From: Candidatus Latescibacterota bacterium
GTDB lineage: Bacteria; Latescibacterota; UBA2968; UBA8231
DNA length: 64,000 nt
NCBI GenBank assembly: GCA_965248265.1
Contig: CBDFJF010000002.1
Location: forward strand, 768,001 to 832,000
Direction: 5' to 3'
Shown: piece after piece, positions 8,901-19,808 of the stretch
Layout: every line of letters starts with the position of its first letter
How positions within the stretch are numbered: the first letter of the stretch is position 1
The notes under the pieces: generated by a model
The model's input: the letters and a program-made list of their open reading frames with translations, nothing else
The model's database searches: none
Told to the model about the DNA's origin: nothing
Translations under genes and position numbers: made by a program

Positions 8901-10505
8901 ACGCAGTCTTCCCAATCCAGCTTCACGACATTGGCCACAGCCGACGTGACGGCTCCGGCCGTACCTGCCGGGCTGGATGCCATCCCGGGCTCGGAACAGG
9001 TCGTGCTCAGCTGGGACGCCAACGATGAGCTCGATCTGGCCGGCTACCGCGTCGAGCGCCGGGCGCCGACGCTCCCCTTCTTTACCGCCATCGCCTCGGG
9101 TCTGGAGGAGCCGACCTACACCGATTTGGGTCTGAGCAACTCGGTCGAGTACGAGTACCGCGTCCTGGCCGTGGATCGCTCCGACAATGCCTCGGACCCA
9201 TCGGAGGCGGTCGCAGTGACGCCGGTGTCGACGGCGGCCCCGACGACGCCCACCGAGCTGGCCCACAGCGGCGCCTTGCGGCCGACGTTCCGCTTCGACA
9301 ACGCTGAGCCCTTCGCCGCCGGGGCGACGCTGACCTACACCGTGCAGGTGTCGACGGAGTCCGACTTCTCGAACGTGACCGACTCGGAATCGGGCATCGT
9401 CGAAGACGGCGACGGCGTCACCACCTGGACGATCACGCGCGATCTGGTGGGCGACGCTACCTACTACTGGCGCGTACGGGCATTGGAGGGGGCCCTGATC
9501 GGGCCGTGGACGGAGCCGCAGGAGTTCGCTGCGGCGGCCGTGGCCCTGGTCGCCGACTTCAACGGTGACCTCAAGGTCAACCTCGACGACTTCTTCGATT
9601 TCATAGACGTGTTCGGCGATCCGGTCACCGGGGCGTCCATCGTCTACGACCTGGACGACGACGGCCGTATCGGCCTGGACGACTTCTTCATCTTCATCGA
9701 TCACTTCGGCGACACGGCCACTGCCGGCAGGGTCTGGGCGTATGCCAACGTGATGGACGAGCAAGCCCAGCTGCGGCTGGAAGCGCGTGGTAGCTCGGCG
9801 ATGAGCGCTGGTGGAGCTGGGGCGGCCACGGGCACCGAGACTGACCGCATCACCGTGCGCCTGTGGGCTGATCAGGTCGGCGATCTGGAGGCCTACGCCC
9901 TAGTCGTGGGCTACGACCCGCGGCTCGTGCGTTTCGTCGGTGCGCAGCAGGGGATCGGGCCGCTGCTGGAATCTCAGGGCGGTAGCGCACCGCTGTTCAG
10001 CGTCCTGCACCGGCGCAAGGGGGAGCTGGTCGTGGGCAACGGCCTCACAGACGGCGACCCGGTTTCCGGCTACGGGCTGCTGGGAGAGCTCACGTTCGAG
10101 ACGCTGACGGCGCCGACGTCTGGTCAGGCCTATTTCGAGCTGCGCCAGGCCTTCATCAAGGGAGAGCAGGAGGACGGGCAGGTGCGCCGCGTGCGTCAGG
10201 TCAGCTCGACGAAGTTGCTGCCGCAGCAGTTTTTCCTGGGGGCCAATTATCCCAATCCGTTCAACCCTGCAACACAGATCAACTTCGCGCTACCCGTCGG
10301 CACCAGCGTCGAGCTCAAGGTCTACGACGTGCTCGGCCAACTCGTGCGCACGCTGGTGGCCAAGGAGCACCGCGCGGCTGGTTTTTACAACGTCGTCTGG
10401 AACGGCAGGGACGAGAGCAATCGCGGCGTCGGCAGCGGCGTCTACTTTTACCGGCTCAAGACGCCCGCCGTCCAACATTCGGGGAGGATGACGCTGCTCA
10501 AATAG
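5949..10505 (+). CDS. Large secreted modular protein: cohesin-like, tandem Fn3-like domains, dockerin/EF-hand-like pair, cohesin-like, FlgD-Ig/T9SS-like C-terminal domain
   Basis: Signal peptide; repeated W.T.E.A...V.FGT...H.I.L..L...T.Y.Y units; DFNGDLKVNLDDFF and DLDDDGRIGLDDFF; C-terminal NYPNPFNP..GVYFYRL..MTLLK. Confidence 0.85.
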   Translation: MSMALRHPIPRLSFTLLTASLLLWAEESFGTTNENFNAVIANQQKVFKNPQPGQEIRVRIGVEGISEVRQISAQVAYDPEFFDFDEVVRGNLLEDGEFFVSSNEMVGNLSAVSAGVISFGTEPDRSSRGIVGEWVFILREPITEMDGHTDLSLTYIRAAMTTDDADERVFAPGVLTITAAFDRSNKFEGKGVKAFPRFRSASIQWKTQERGIQDVARVDELNLTGEFVRIGEFEPNYPDQALDLLRDMDQYARRAAAGEVPDVDFVNDDVETIRAALNIGTPGFGLPDLFPDLLQLARPIYKRFLDQIHLVEVTGLTQGTHYRACVESTSLTGNLSPGPPEGCVEFDTRSRQDLRRAVASNFDCQRGLTSSTCDFDTNRLVKTSYSFLTVEDTGPSTIAGISQPSLGEVVATGEVNPLGAKETNFTVKGLDPGTRYGIEITAELVGEISDDLPPGFALIDLPTRIIRTRARLPGGGAITGPPAPIPSSQSAVIKFNTPLAVVADVFFAIGPDVDLALKATANQEDFPEDDFTWMASGQRGTKHEIELSGLDPLTNYVYKIEYDVEGGERFSTRADGNTKFSGVLEFDTTDPADQSPPALTEGPRVFTTDVIAVAQFRNDVASTASVFVGTASTLGTSDEYEFSDGILDGKHSIVMSGLDQGVDYLYRIEYTGANGVTGIFSGSGDVAGKATAALQPPGGGGAFTTTNVPDTQFPVILTGPTVSSKTHDTAIVEWTTDEPADSDVQFGTTELDEQEASGVSETSHKITLPGLTPGTTYQYIVASTDASGNGATQSATAVFTTDPEIDLTAPSIVGTPSIGYKNESSATVLWTTNEEATGKVEFGTDAQLGFIRTLPETETVHEITLTNLEASTEYFYRVSSTDLSNNGPTESSILSFTTDAAPDLTSPTISNIQVEEDETSVIITWDTNELADSFVDFGTTSGLLTSTVGDVEDVTEHEITMTNLESATTYFYTVGSIDRANNPPTQSSQSSFTTLATADVTAPAVPAGLDAIPGSEQVVLSWDANDELDLAGYRVERRAPTLPFFTAIASGLEEPTYTDLGLSNSVEYEYRVLAVDRSDNASDPSEAVAVTPVSTAAPTTPTELAHSGALRPTFRFDNAEPFAAGATLTYTVQVSTESDFSNVTDSESGIVEDGDGVTTWTITRDLVGDATYYWRVRALEGALIGPWTEPQEFAAAAVALVADFNGDLKVNLDDFFDFIDVFGDPVTGASIVYDLDDDGRIGLDDFFIFIDHFGDTATAGRVWAYANVMDEQAQLRLEARGSSAMSAGGAGAATGTETDRITVRLWADQVGDLEAYALVVGYDPRLVRFVGAQQGIGPLLESQGGSAPLFSVLHRRKGELVVGNGLTDGDPVSGYGLLGELTFETLTAPTSGQAYFELRQAFIKGEQEDGQVRRVRQVSSTKLLPQQFFLGANYPNPFNPATQINFALPVGTSVELKVYDVLGQLVRTLVAKEHRAAGFYNVVWNGRDESNRGVGSGVYFYRLKTPAVQHSGRMTLLK

Positions 10506-10643
10506 CGACCGATTTTCAGCAGCTCGCGCTTCATGTAGCGCTTGCGCAGCAGGTGATCGGCGTTGTATCCGCCATCTCCTGCGACTTCGCCCTCAGGCCA
10601 CGCTGGCTAAGGGCGATTTTCACCGCACCACCGGAGTCTGACG

Positions 10644-13426
10644 ATGACGAAACGGATCGCTACAATCCTCACGGCGCTGTTGATGTCCACCCAAATGAGC
10701 CCGGTCAAGGGCTCTGCCCAACAGCCCACCATAGCCGAAGGTGCGATCGATGTCGTCACGCAGATCGGGACCGGTGGCATCCTGACGCTGAGAAGCGTGC
10801 CGCCGATCGCCTACACAGCCCAAACCAAGTTTCCCGACGGTATGGCTTTCATGCAGGGCGATCAGTTGAATATCGAAGCGTGTTGGACCAAGGAGGGGGT
10901 GCCCACGGCAACGGTCGTCAAGGTCGTCCAGGATGGGGATCCGCCACCAGATGGTCCATCGCTGCGAGTGCCGTTCGGCGATTTCGGCACGGGCGAAGAC
11001 GTCCTGGTTCCCCTGGTGCCTGTCTTCGTCTACGACGAAAACGTCCTCGTCTACGACGTGACCGTCCTCGACAACAACGGGTTTCCAATCGGGGTTCCAA
11101 TCAACCAGGCTATCGCCGCGGGGGACTTGCAGCCCGGCCGCCAGGTGGAAGTGTCAGTCGAACCGGATCCGAGTTCAGGTGACTTTGTCGCCACGCAGAT
11201 CTTCCTGTTGCCTTCTACGGGCGACTTTCCTCCGTTTTCGGACTTCTTCCAGGTTGTCCACGAGATCGACGAGGTGAACTGGACTGTGACGTTCGGGTTC
11301 GATCCCATCCTGATACAGAGCGACACCGTCATCGACCTCGGGGCCGGCGTCAGCCTGGGCGATTTGCAAGAAGACACCGAGCTGGTCGTTATGATGGAAA
11401 ACGACGTGCCGACGGATTCCGAGGGACGACTACTCCCCACGCGGGTGGAAGTCAAGGACGCAAGCAAGGACTACTTCTCTGATCCGTCCCTCTTTCCGTT
11501 CTTCGTCGGCTTCCTCGGAACCGAGGATGTACCTGAGGGCAAGTTGCTGCGGTCATACGACTTCTACATCCCCAGCTTGGCTTCGAATGCCGAGATTCTC
11601 GAGAATCCCACGATGACGTTCAAGGAGCTCGAGGGAAGATTCGTGAGGGCGAATATCCGCCACCCCCACGGTGAGGTCGTCATACCGGTGGATCTGGTGG
11701 TGGAGTTTGAGCTGTTGGATGGGGACCCGGGGGATGTTGGAGGTTTTCCGGAGGTGGCGTTTGGGGTTGTGGAGGTGGCGGATGTGCCTGGTGGCCTTCT
11801 TAGTCTTGCGCCGGTGGATGTGGGTTTGGAGGACGGGGTTACGAAGTATGTGACGGAGTTGGCGGACGGGACACTGGATGAGTCGACTTCCTTGCCCATG
11901 CCTCCGATAGAGTTGGGTACTCCTGTGACGGCGCAGGTATGTTGGACTCGGGAAGGAGAGGCGACGGCGACGAAGGTGTATGTGGGCGTTGCGCCTTTGG
12001 AGGATGAGGCGGGGGTGTTGCGTTTTGATTTTGGCTCTTATGTGGAGGCGGCTGACGGTACGGTGACGGGTATGGTGTCTGAGTTGGTGGCCTATACGAT
12101 CGATCCGACGATGGACCCGGAAGTGCTGGTATTTTCAGTGGGCGTGCAAGGGGACTTGGTAGAGCAGCCGTTTTCGTCGGTGCAGGCGGATGCTCTGTTG
12201 GGAGAGCGGGTGGATGTGACTTATGTGCGGGATGCGGGAGGGCTTCGTCTGGTGGAGTCGGTGTTTGTGCATCCTGAGGAGGTGTTGGAGGAGTCGGTGA
12301 TTTTGGAGGTGGCATCGCTGGATCGTTCGACGTGGACGCTGGGGTTGTTGAACAGTTTTCCGGTGGATCTGCCGTTGTGGTCGAGTCTCACTCCGGTGCC
12401 GATGGCGGGTGACGAGCTGGAGCTTCGTTTTGATCCGGAGGGTCGAGTGGTGGAGGTGCGGCTTGCACCGGTGTCTGCGGATCCACTGCCGGATGATCCG
12501 GTGCCGGATGATTCGTTTGTGGGTGAGTTTGCGTTGTATGACCCGGATGAGGAGGTGTTGCAGCTGAAGGACCCGTATCGCCCACCCGTGGCCAGTGACG
12601 TGCGTGTGTTTAACGCGCTGGGTCAAGAAGTGACGGCTTCGTCTGAAATGATGGATTATTCTGATGTGACGGGTATTGTGGAGGCGCGTCGGATCGCGGG
12701 GCCGTCGGGTTTGGTGCCGCCGGATTTGGTGGTAGAGCTCGAGCTGTTGGATGGGGACCCGGGGGATGTTGGAGGTTTTCCGGAGGTGGCGTTTGGGGTT
12801 GTGGAGGTGGCGGATGTGCCTGGTGGCCTTCTTAGTCTTGCGCCGGTGGATGTGGGTTTGGAGGACGGGGTTACGAAGTATGTGACGGAGTTGGCGGACG
12901 GGACACTGGATGAGTCGACTTCCTTGCCCATGCCTCCGATAGAGTTGGGTACTCCTGTGACGGCGCAGGTATGTTGGACTCGGGAAGGAGAGGCGACGGC
13001 GACGAAGGTGTATGTGGGCGTTGCGCCTTTGGAGGATGAGGCGGGGGTGTTGCGTTTTGATTTTGGCTCTTATGTGGAGGCGGCTGACGGTACGGTGACG
13101 GGTATGGTGTCTGAGTTGGTGGCCTATACGATCGATCCGACGATGGACCCGGAAGTGCTGGTATTTTCAGTGGGCGTGCAAGGGGACTTGGTAGAGCAGC
13201 CGTTTTCGTCGGTGCAGGCGGATGCTCTGTTGGGAGAGCGGGTGGATGTGACTTATGTGCGGGATGCGGGAGGGCTTCGTCTGGTGGAGTCGGTGTTTGT
13301 GCATCCTGAGGAGGTGTTGGAGGAGTCGGTGATTTTGGAGGTGGCATCGCTGGATCGTTCGACGTGGACGCTGGGGTTGTTGAACAGTTTTCCGGTGGAT
13401 CTGCCGTTGTGGTCGAGTCTCACTCC
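10644..13426 (+). CDS. 5' segment of the interrupted surface protein (signal peptide and repeat modules); reads into the IS to a stop at 13670
   Basis: ORF 10644..13670 departs from the repeat sequence at SSLTP|ESPRG, which is the IS left end. Confidence 0.85.
11709..12611 (+). repeat. Copy 1 of a 903-bp intragenic direct repeat (1032-bp offset)
   Basis: Matches 12741-13426 + 14744-14960; the ORF track shows identical antisense ORFs at 11839..12315 and 12871..13347, and at 12388..12585 and 14737..14934. Confidence 0.93.
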
Positions 13427-13477
13427 TGAATCGCCCCGGGGTTGCCGGAGGCTCCATTTCTTGAGAGGATTGGAGTC

Positions 13478-14709
<1,232 letters not shown>

Positions 14710-14743
14710 CCGAGTCTCCGAAAAACCCGGGGCGATTCACTCC

Positions 14744-15716
14744 GGTGCCGATGGCGGGTGACGAGCTGGAGCTTCGTTTTGATCCGGAGGGTCGAGTGGT
14801 GGAGGTGCGGCTTGCACCGGTGTCTGCGGATCCACTGCCGGATGATCCGGTGCCGGATGATTCGTTTGTGGGTGAGTTTGCGTTGTATGACCCGGATGAG
14901 GAGGTGTTGCAGCTGAAGGACCCGTATCGCCCACCCGTGGCCAGTGACGTGCGTGTGTTTGAGGGGGGAATGCCGGTGTCGGTGCCCAATGAGTGGGGCT
15001 TGGTCAGGGCGCGCAGGATCGCGGTGCCGCCGGGCATGGTGCCGCCGGGCACGGCGCCGCGAGATCTGGTGGTGGAGATCGAGCTGGATGTGTTCGCCGA
15101 GCTCGAGAATTCAGCTCCAACCCAGCCAGGTCCGAACGCCAGCGCCCTGCTGTCGCTCGATCTGGACCCCCAGGTCGACAACCAGAACGTCGTCCACCGC
15201 CAGAATGTCGATCAGACCATTCTGTGGGCCATTTACGCGGACAATCTGATCGACGTCACCGGCTTGTCCGTGGATCTCACCTACGACTCCGATCAGGTGG
15301 AGTTCTTAGGCGAATCGCCGCGCGTCGCAGACGAGGCCAGCGTGTTGCCCAGTGAAGCTGTCTTCCCCGCCCCAAAGATGCCGGCACCGGGAACCATCAG
15401 GTATACGGGGCTCCTCCTGCCAGGCGCTAGATCTGCGGCAGGCCAGCCAGTGTCCGGTCCGTTGGTGGCCATGTTCGAGTTCTCCGCGCTGCAGCTCAGC
15501 CGCGCCCATATCGGCCTCGAACGGGTGGTGCTGAGATCACCCGGCGGAACAGATATCCTGCGACCGAATCTAGTCGCCCAGGTCGTCCCGGAGGCCACCG
15601 GCATTGCTGACTTCGATGACGATGGGTTCGTGGGCTGGATCGATCTATTCATGCTGTCAGATGCCACGCTGCTGGTGATGTCAGGTGCCACGCTGCTGCA
15701 GGAAATCTTCAATCCG
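14744..15716 (+). CDS. Middle segment of the interrupted surface protein (end of repeat, cohesin-like domain, first dockerin-like Ca loop)
   Basis: Repeat resumes after the IS; LWAIYADNL..LTYDSDQVEF; DFDDDGFVGWIDLF; ends at FNP before the intron. Confidence 0.8.
15651..15698 (+). repeat. 24-bp imperfect tandem duplication (MLSDATLL/VMSGATLL)
   Basis: ATGCTGTCAGATGCCACGCTGCTG versus GTGATGTCAGGTGCCACGCTGCTG, 21/24 identical. Confidence 0.85.
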
Positions 15717-16335
15717 GATGCGACCAGGCAAGTCTGGTCCGTAGGAATAGAAGGAGGTGATACTTTCTTGAAATACGGTTAGTCGTCCCGCGGGTGCAAA
15801 ACCCGCCTGGCCAAAGCTGAGCCCGGCAGGCCAGAAACGAGCCCTTGCGTGTGTTCCCGGTAACGGGGCAGGCGAAGCAGTAGGGCAGTGAGCGAGCGGG
15901 CTGTGGAATTGCGGCCCTGAAATGAGACCGTTCCGGGATAGCTGAGGGTGCCGGATTACCTGAAGGCAGCAGTGTCGTCGGCGTTATGTGGGCAAGGCGA
16001 CGACACCCCGGCGGGGTGTGATACGACCAGGGCACGCTCGCAGAGGATGACCCAGGAACCTGGGAGGCCCCAGCCTCTCCACGGATTGATTCCGGTGCTA
16101 CGGAGAGCCGGTGAAGAAGTCTCCGACGCGCCACGCGTCAGCACACGCACGCGTGGCCGATTAAGAACAAGCGTGGGCACCGTGGTAGGTCGTTTGCGAG
16201 GGGAACCGGAGCGGCGACCGATGGAGCATGGGGAGTCGGAGGACCGTGTAGTAGCTGAGAAGTCGGGGAACGGTTGGCAGCTGGACCCGGCGGAGCCAAG
16301 GCGGTCCGTGTTGACACGAACTTCAGGAGGGCACC

Positions 16336-17664
16336 ATGACCGATGCATTGACTTCGGGGTCCATGTCACCGGGACTTTTGGAGGTAGCGGAGAGAGCGAG
16401 GCGAGAGCCGCAGGCCAAGTTTCACTCGCTGGCACACCTGATCGACGTGGAAGCTCTGCGTAGGGCGTTCGACCATCAAAAGCCGAGCGCTGCAGTCGGG
16501 GTAGATGGCGTGACCAAGGAGCAGTATGGGCAGGACCTGGAGAGGAATCTGCAGGATCTGCACCGGCGACTGCGCACTAAGCGGTGGCGCCACCAGCCCA
16601 TTCGTAGAGTCCACATCCCCAAGGACGGCAAAGGCAAGAAGACTCGTCCCATTGGCATCTCGTGCTTCGAGGACAAGATTGTCCAGGAGGCGTTACGCGA
16701 GGTGCTGTCGGCGGTCTACGAGCAGGACTTTCGGGATTGCTCATACGGCTACCGTCCGGGACGCAGTGCCCACGACGCTCTGCGGGTGTTGAATCGGGTG
16801 GTGATGAACGGGGAAGCGAAGGTCATTCTGGAGGCGGATATTACATCCTACTTCGACAGTTTGGATCGATCCAAACTGATGGAGTTTCTCCGGGAGCGGA
16901 TTCCCGATGGGTCGATCACCCGGCTCGTGGGGAAGTGCTTGCACGTTGGGGTGCTGGATGGCGAACAGTTTTCTACGCCGGACCGAGGCACCGCACAGGG
17001 CTCCTGTTTGTCGCCACTGCTTGGCAACCTCTACCTGCACCACGTCCTCGACGAGTGGTTTGAAGTCGAGATCAGACCACGGTTGCGTCGTAGAGCAACG
17101 TTGGTCCGATACGCCGATGATTTCATCATTGGTTTCGAACTGCCGGAGGATGCCGAGCGCGTGAGGGCAGTGCTGAGCAAGCGGCTGGACAAATACGGAC
17201 TAACCCTGCAGCCAGACAAGACCCGGCTCATCCCTTTCGAGCGGCCACCACAGGAGCAGACGAAGGGTAAAGGGCCAGGTACCTTCGACCTTCTGGGTTT
17301 CACGTGGTTTTGGCGGAGAGCCCCGAATGGTCGATGGGTGCTGACGAGCAAGACACGGCGTGATCGGCTCAAGCGGTCTGTGCAGGCCCTGTATCGGCTG
17401 TGCCGTCGCCATCGGAACTGGCCGATACCAAAGCAGCACGCCGACCTCGTAAGGCGCATCCAAGGCCACATCAACTACTTCGGTATCAGCGGGAATGGGA
17501 ACAGCGTAACCCAACTCACTACCGCAGCGATGTTTGCGTGGTACAAGTGGTTGAATCGACGTAGCCAGCGATCGCGCCTGACGTGGGAGCGATACTACCG
17601 GGGGTTGCTCCGGCAGTATCCACTCCCAAGACCCCGGATCGTTGTATCGATCTGGTTTTCCTAA
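16336..17664 (+). CDS. ltrA: Group II intron reverse transcriptase/maturase, no endonuclease domain
   Basis: AVGVDG (RT0), RRVHIPK..RPIGI, SYGYRPGRSAHDA, EADITSYFD, QGSCLSPLL.NLYLH, RYADD, FDLLGF, domain X GHINYF..WLNRRSQR; RBS CAGGAGG. Confidence 0.95.
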   Translation: MTDALTSGSMSPGLLEVAERARREPQAKFHSLAHLIDVEALRRAFDHQKPSAAVGVDGVTKEQYGQDLERNLQDLHRRLRTKRWRHQPIRRVHIPKDGKGKKTRPIGISCFEDKIVQEALREVLSAVYEQDFRDCSYGYRPGRSAHDALRVLNRVVMNGEAKVILEADITSYFDSLDRSKLMEFLRERIPDGSITRLVGKCLHVGVLDGEQFSTPDRGTAQGSCLSPLLGNLYLHHVLDEWFEVEIRPRLRRRATLVRYADDFIIGFELPEDAERVRAVLSKRLDKYGLTLQPDKTRLIPFERPPQEQTKGKGPGTFDLLGFTWFWRRAPNGRWVLTSKTRRDRLKRSVQALYRLCRRHRNWPIPKQHADLVRRIQGHINYFGISGNGNSVTQLTTAAMFAWYKWLNRRSQRSRLTWERYYRGLLRQYPLPRPRIVVSIWFS

Positions 17665-17685
17665 CCGCGAGACGTGTCAATGGAG

Positions 17686-17761
17686 GAGCCCAGTGCGGGA
17701 AATCTGCTCGCTGGGATCTGGTGAGGGCCGGGGCCGCATGACAGGGCCTCGGCTACTCGAC
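17686..17761 (+). ncRNA. Group II intron catalytic domains V-VI
   Basis: GAGCCCAGTGCGG-GAAA-TCTGCTCGCTGGGATC (AGC triad, GNRA loop), followed by a GAGGGCCGGGGCC...GGCCTCGGCT-A-CTC stem and terminal AC. Confidence 0.92.
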
Positions 17762-18580
17762 ATCTTCGACCTCGACGGGAACGGAAGGCTCAACAGAATC
17801 GATCTGGACCTGTTCCGCGACCAATGGCAGCAAGGGGTCGGCAAGCCGCTGGCCCGCCGCGATCAACCGGCGAGTGATGGCGTGCTGGATCTCGAAATCG
17901 CGCGCGTGGATGACGGCACGGTAGAGCTTCTGTTGCGGCTGGATGGGGCGCACGTTCTCGGGTACGGTGCGTCGCTGCGCTATGACGCCGACGCCTTCCG
18001 TATCAAGAGCATCACCGACGAGCGCGCGCGATCGACGCCATCCCCGCCAGAGACGCTGTTGAACCTCGACAGCTCTGGCGAGGTCCTCCTCATCGGCGGT
18101 ACTCTCGAAGCGCCAGTCGACGGAGCTCTGGCGCGCATCGAATTCGAACGGCTCTCACCGGACGTCGCCGGCACCTTCCGGATCGCTGAAGCAGCCCTGC
18201 GCTCCTCGGATGGAGCCGTCGTCCAACCGCTCCGGCTGGGCGGCGCAGAAATTCGCCCGACTCCGCAGGTCTTCGCACTGGACCGCAACTATCCGAATCC
18301 GTTCAACCCATCGACGACGATCCCGTACCGGCTGGCCACGACATCGGCAGTGCAGCTGGACATATTCGACATCGCGGGTCGCAAGGTGCGGACCGTGCTC
18401 GCCGAACGCCAGGAAGCCGGCTTCCGTCAGGCGACGTGGGACGGCCGTGACGAGCGCGGTGTCACGGTCGGTGCGGGAGTCTATCTATATCGGTTGACCG
18501 CACGGCCGTACCAGCAGGATGGGTCCGACGTCACGCCGCGCGAGTTCGTGGAAGTGCGGAAGCTGATGTTGCTGAAGTAG
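17762..18580 (+). CDS. 3' exon of the interrupted surface protein (second dockerin-like loop, cohesin-like domain, FlgD-Ig/T9SS-like C-terminal domain)
   Basis: IFDLDGNGRLNRIDL..LRYDADAF..NYPNPFNPSTTI..GVYLYRL..KLMLLK. Confidence 0.85.
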   Translation: MFDLDGNGRLNRIDLDLFRDQWQQGVGKPLARRDQPASDGVLDLEIARVDDGTVELLLRLDGAHVLGYGASLRYDADAFRIKSITDERARSTPSPPETLLNLDSSGEVLLIGGTLEAPVDGALARIEFERLSPDVAGTFRIAEAALRSSDGAVVQPLRLGGAEIRPTPQVFALDRNYPNPFNPSTTIPYRLATTSAVQLDIFDIAGRKVRTVLAERQEAGFRQATWDGRDERGVTVGAGVYLYRLTARPYQQDGSDVTPREFVEVRKLMLLK

Positions 18581-18592
18581 AGCTGGACCTGT

Positions 18593-19798
18593 CTAGCGGT
18601 CCACGGCGGCAAAGATGCACTTGAGGTAGCGACCCTCAGGGAAGGCTGGGTCCACCGGGTGATCCGGGGCGTGCTGGTTGAAGGCGATCATGCGGGTGTT
18701 CACCCGAGCACCGGAGGTGGCGCGCCTGAGGATCTGGAAGAAGTCCTCGTTTGATATTCGTGTGGAACAAGACGCGGTCACGAGCACTCCGTTATCACGG
18801 ACGAGCTTGAGTGCGTTTCTGTTGAGCTTGGTGTAGATGCCCATCGCATGGTTCAGATCCTTCTGCTTGCGAAGCAGTGACGGCGGGTCGATGACGACGA
18901 TGTCGAACTGAGGTCCCTTGCTGGCCAGGTCATCGAGAAAAGAGAACAGGTCCGCCGCTACGTCGTGATACACCGAGCCGGGCGGGCAATTCGACTCCAG
19001 ATTCTTTCGGCCGTCCGTCAGGGCGGCTCTGGCGATGTCAACACACAGACAGCGCCGCGCACCGCCCTTCAGCGCATGGGCGGCGAACCCACCCGTGTAG
19101 GAGAAGCAGTCGAGGACCGATTTTCCCGCGCTCAATTGCTGCAGCAGGGTCCGGTTCGGTCGCTGGTCAAGAAACAGACCGGTCTTCTGTCCGCGGCGCA
19201 CATCGATATGGAGGCGGACTCCGTTCTCCTCGATGTCGATCAATTCTGGTGGTTCCTCGCCCATGAGGAGGCCGCACGGACGGTCCTTGAGGCCATCGGC
19301 ACGTCGGGTGCCGACGTCGCTGCGTTCGTAAATGCCTTTGGGCTTCACCACCTCATCGAGGGCTTTAACGACATCCTGGCGCATGCGATCCATGCCCATG
19401 GTATGCAATTGGAGGACCAGAAAGCCGGCGTACTCGTCGACGATCAACCCCGGGAGACCGTCGCTCTCGCCGTGGATCAGACGACAGGCGTTGGTATCTG
19501 CCAGCAGTGGACTGCCCCGGCGCAACTCCACGGCTCGCGCGATCTGGCGTTGGAGAAACGGTTGGTCAATCGCCGTGTTCTTTTGACGCGTAAGCACGCG
19601 GACGACAATGGTGGAGCGCGGGTTGTAGTAACCGCGCCCGATGAAGCGGCCTTTGCCGTTGACGACATCGACGATGTCACCGGGGGAAACGGAGGGGTCG
19701 CAACCCGCCACGGCGCCGCTGTACACCCAGGGATGACCCTTCAGCAAGAGCTGCTCGCTGTTGCGGCGCAGCTCGAGCTGTGGGTAGCTCACGGACAT
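18593..19798 (-). CDS. rlmI: Class I SAM-dependent rRNA methyltransferase (RlmI-like, PUA domain)
   Basis: GHPWVY, ESDGLPGLIVD, GQKTGLFLDQR.NR, FSYTGGF, FD.VVIDPP, ASCS, YLK. Confidence 0.9.
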   Translation of the reverse strand: MSVSYPQLELRRNSEQLLLKGHPWVYSGAVAGCDPSVSPGDIVDVVNGKGRFIGRGYYNPRSTIVVRVLTRQKNTAIDQPFLQRQIARAVELRRGSPLLADTNACRLIHGESDGLPGLIVDEYAGFLVLQLHTMGMDRMRQDVVKALDEVVKPKGIYERSDVGTRRADGLKDRPCGLLMGEEPPELIDIEENGVRLHIDVRRGQKTGLFLDQRPNRTLLQQLSAGKSVLDCFSYTGGFAAHALKGGARRCLCVDIARAALTDGRKNLESNCPPGSVYHDVAADLFSFLDDLASKGPQFDIVVIDPPSLLRKQKDLNHAMGIYTKLNRNALKLVRDNGVLVTASCSTRISNEDFFQILRRATSGARVNTRMIAFNQHAPDHPVDPAFPEGRYLKCIFAAVDR

Positions 19799-19808
19799 CT
19801 GAGACTCG

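Larger units (their letters stand above)
15717..17761 (+). mobile_element. Group II intron (ribozyme plus RT/maturase), ~2045 nt
   Basis: 5' GATGCG; candidate EBS1 loop CCGGATT (15951-15957) complementary to exon end AATCCG(G); domain V at 17686-17718; domain VI with bulged A17755, ending CTACTCGAC; excision restores FNP|IFDLDGNG. 5' boundary uncertain by 1-2 nt. Confidence 0.92.

Noticed and set aside
7995-9764. Long antisense and alternate-frame ORFs (e.g. 7995..9764, 28540..29790, 42879..44039, 53168..54613)
   Set aside because: They overlap well-supported genes and lack family motifs; expected in high-GC DNA.
11564-13457. Pro/His/Thr-rich antisense ORFs appearing twice
   Set aside because: Shadows of the G/T-skewed repeat on the opposite strand.
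16082-16089. CGGATTGA as an alternative EBS1 (complementary to TCAATCCG at the exon end)
   Set aside because: It appears to lie after the end of domain I, so it is probably coincidental; the 15951 loop is in the expected context. Not settled without folding.
17642-17761. ORF 17642..18580 as an independent gene
   Set aside because: Its first 40 codons are the RT gene end and intron domains V-VI; the real coding part starts at 17762 as the 3' exon.
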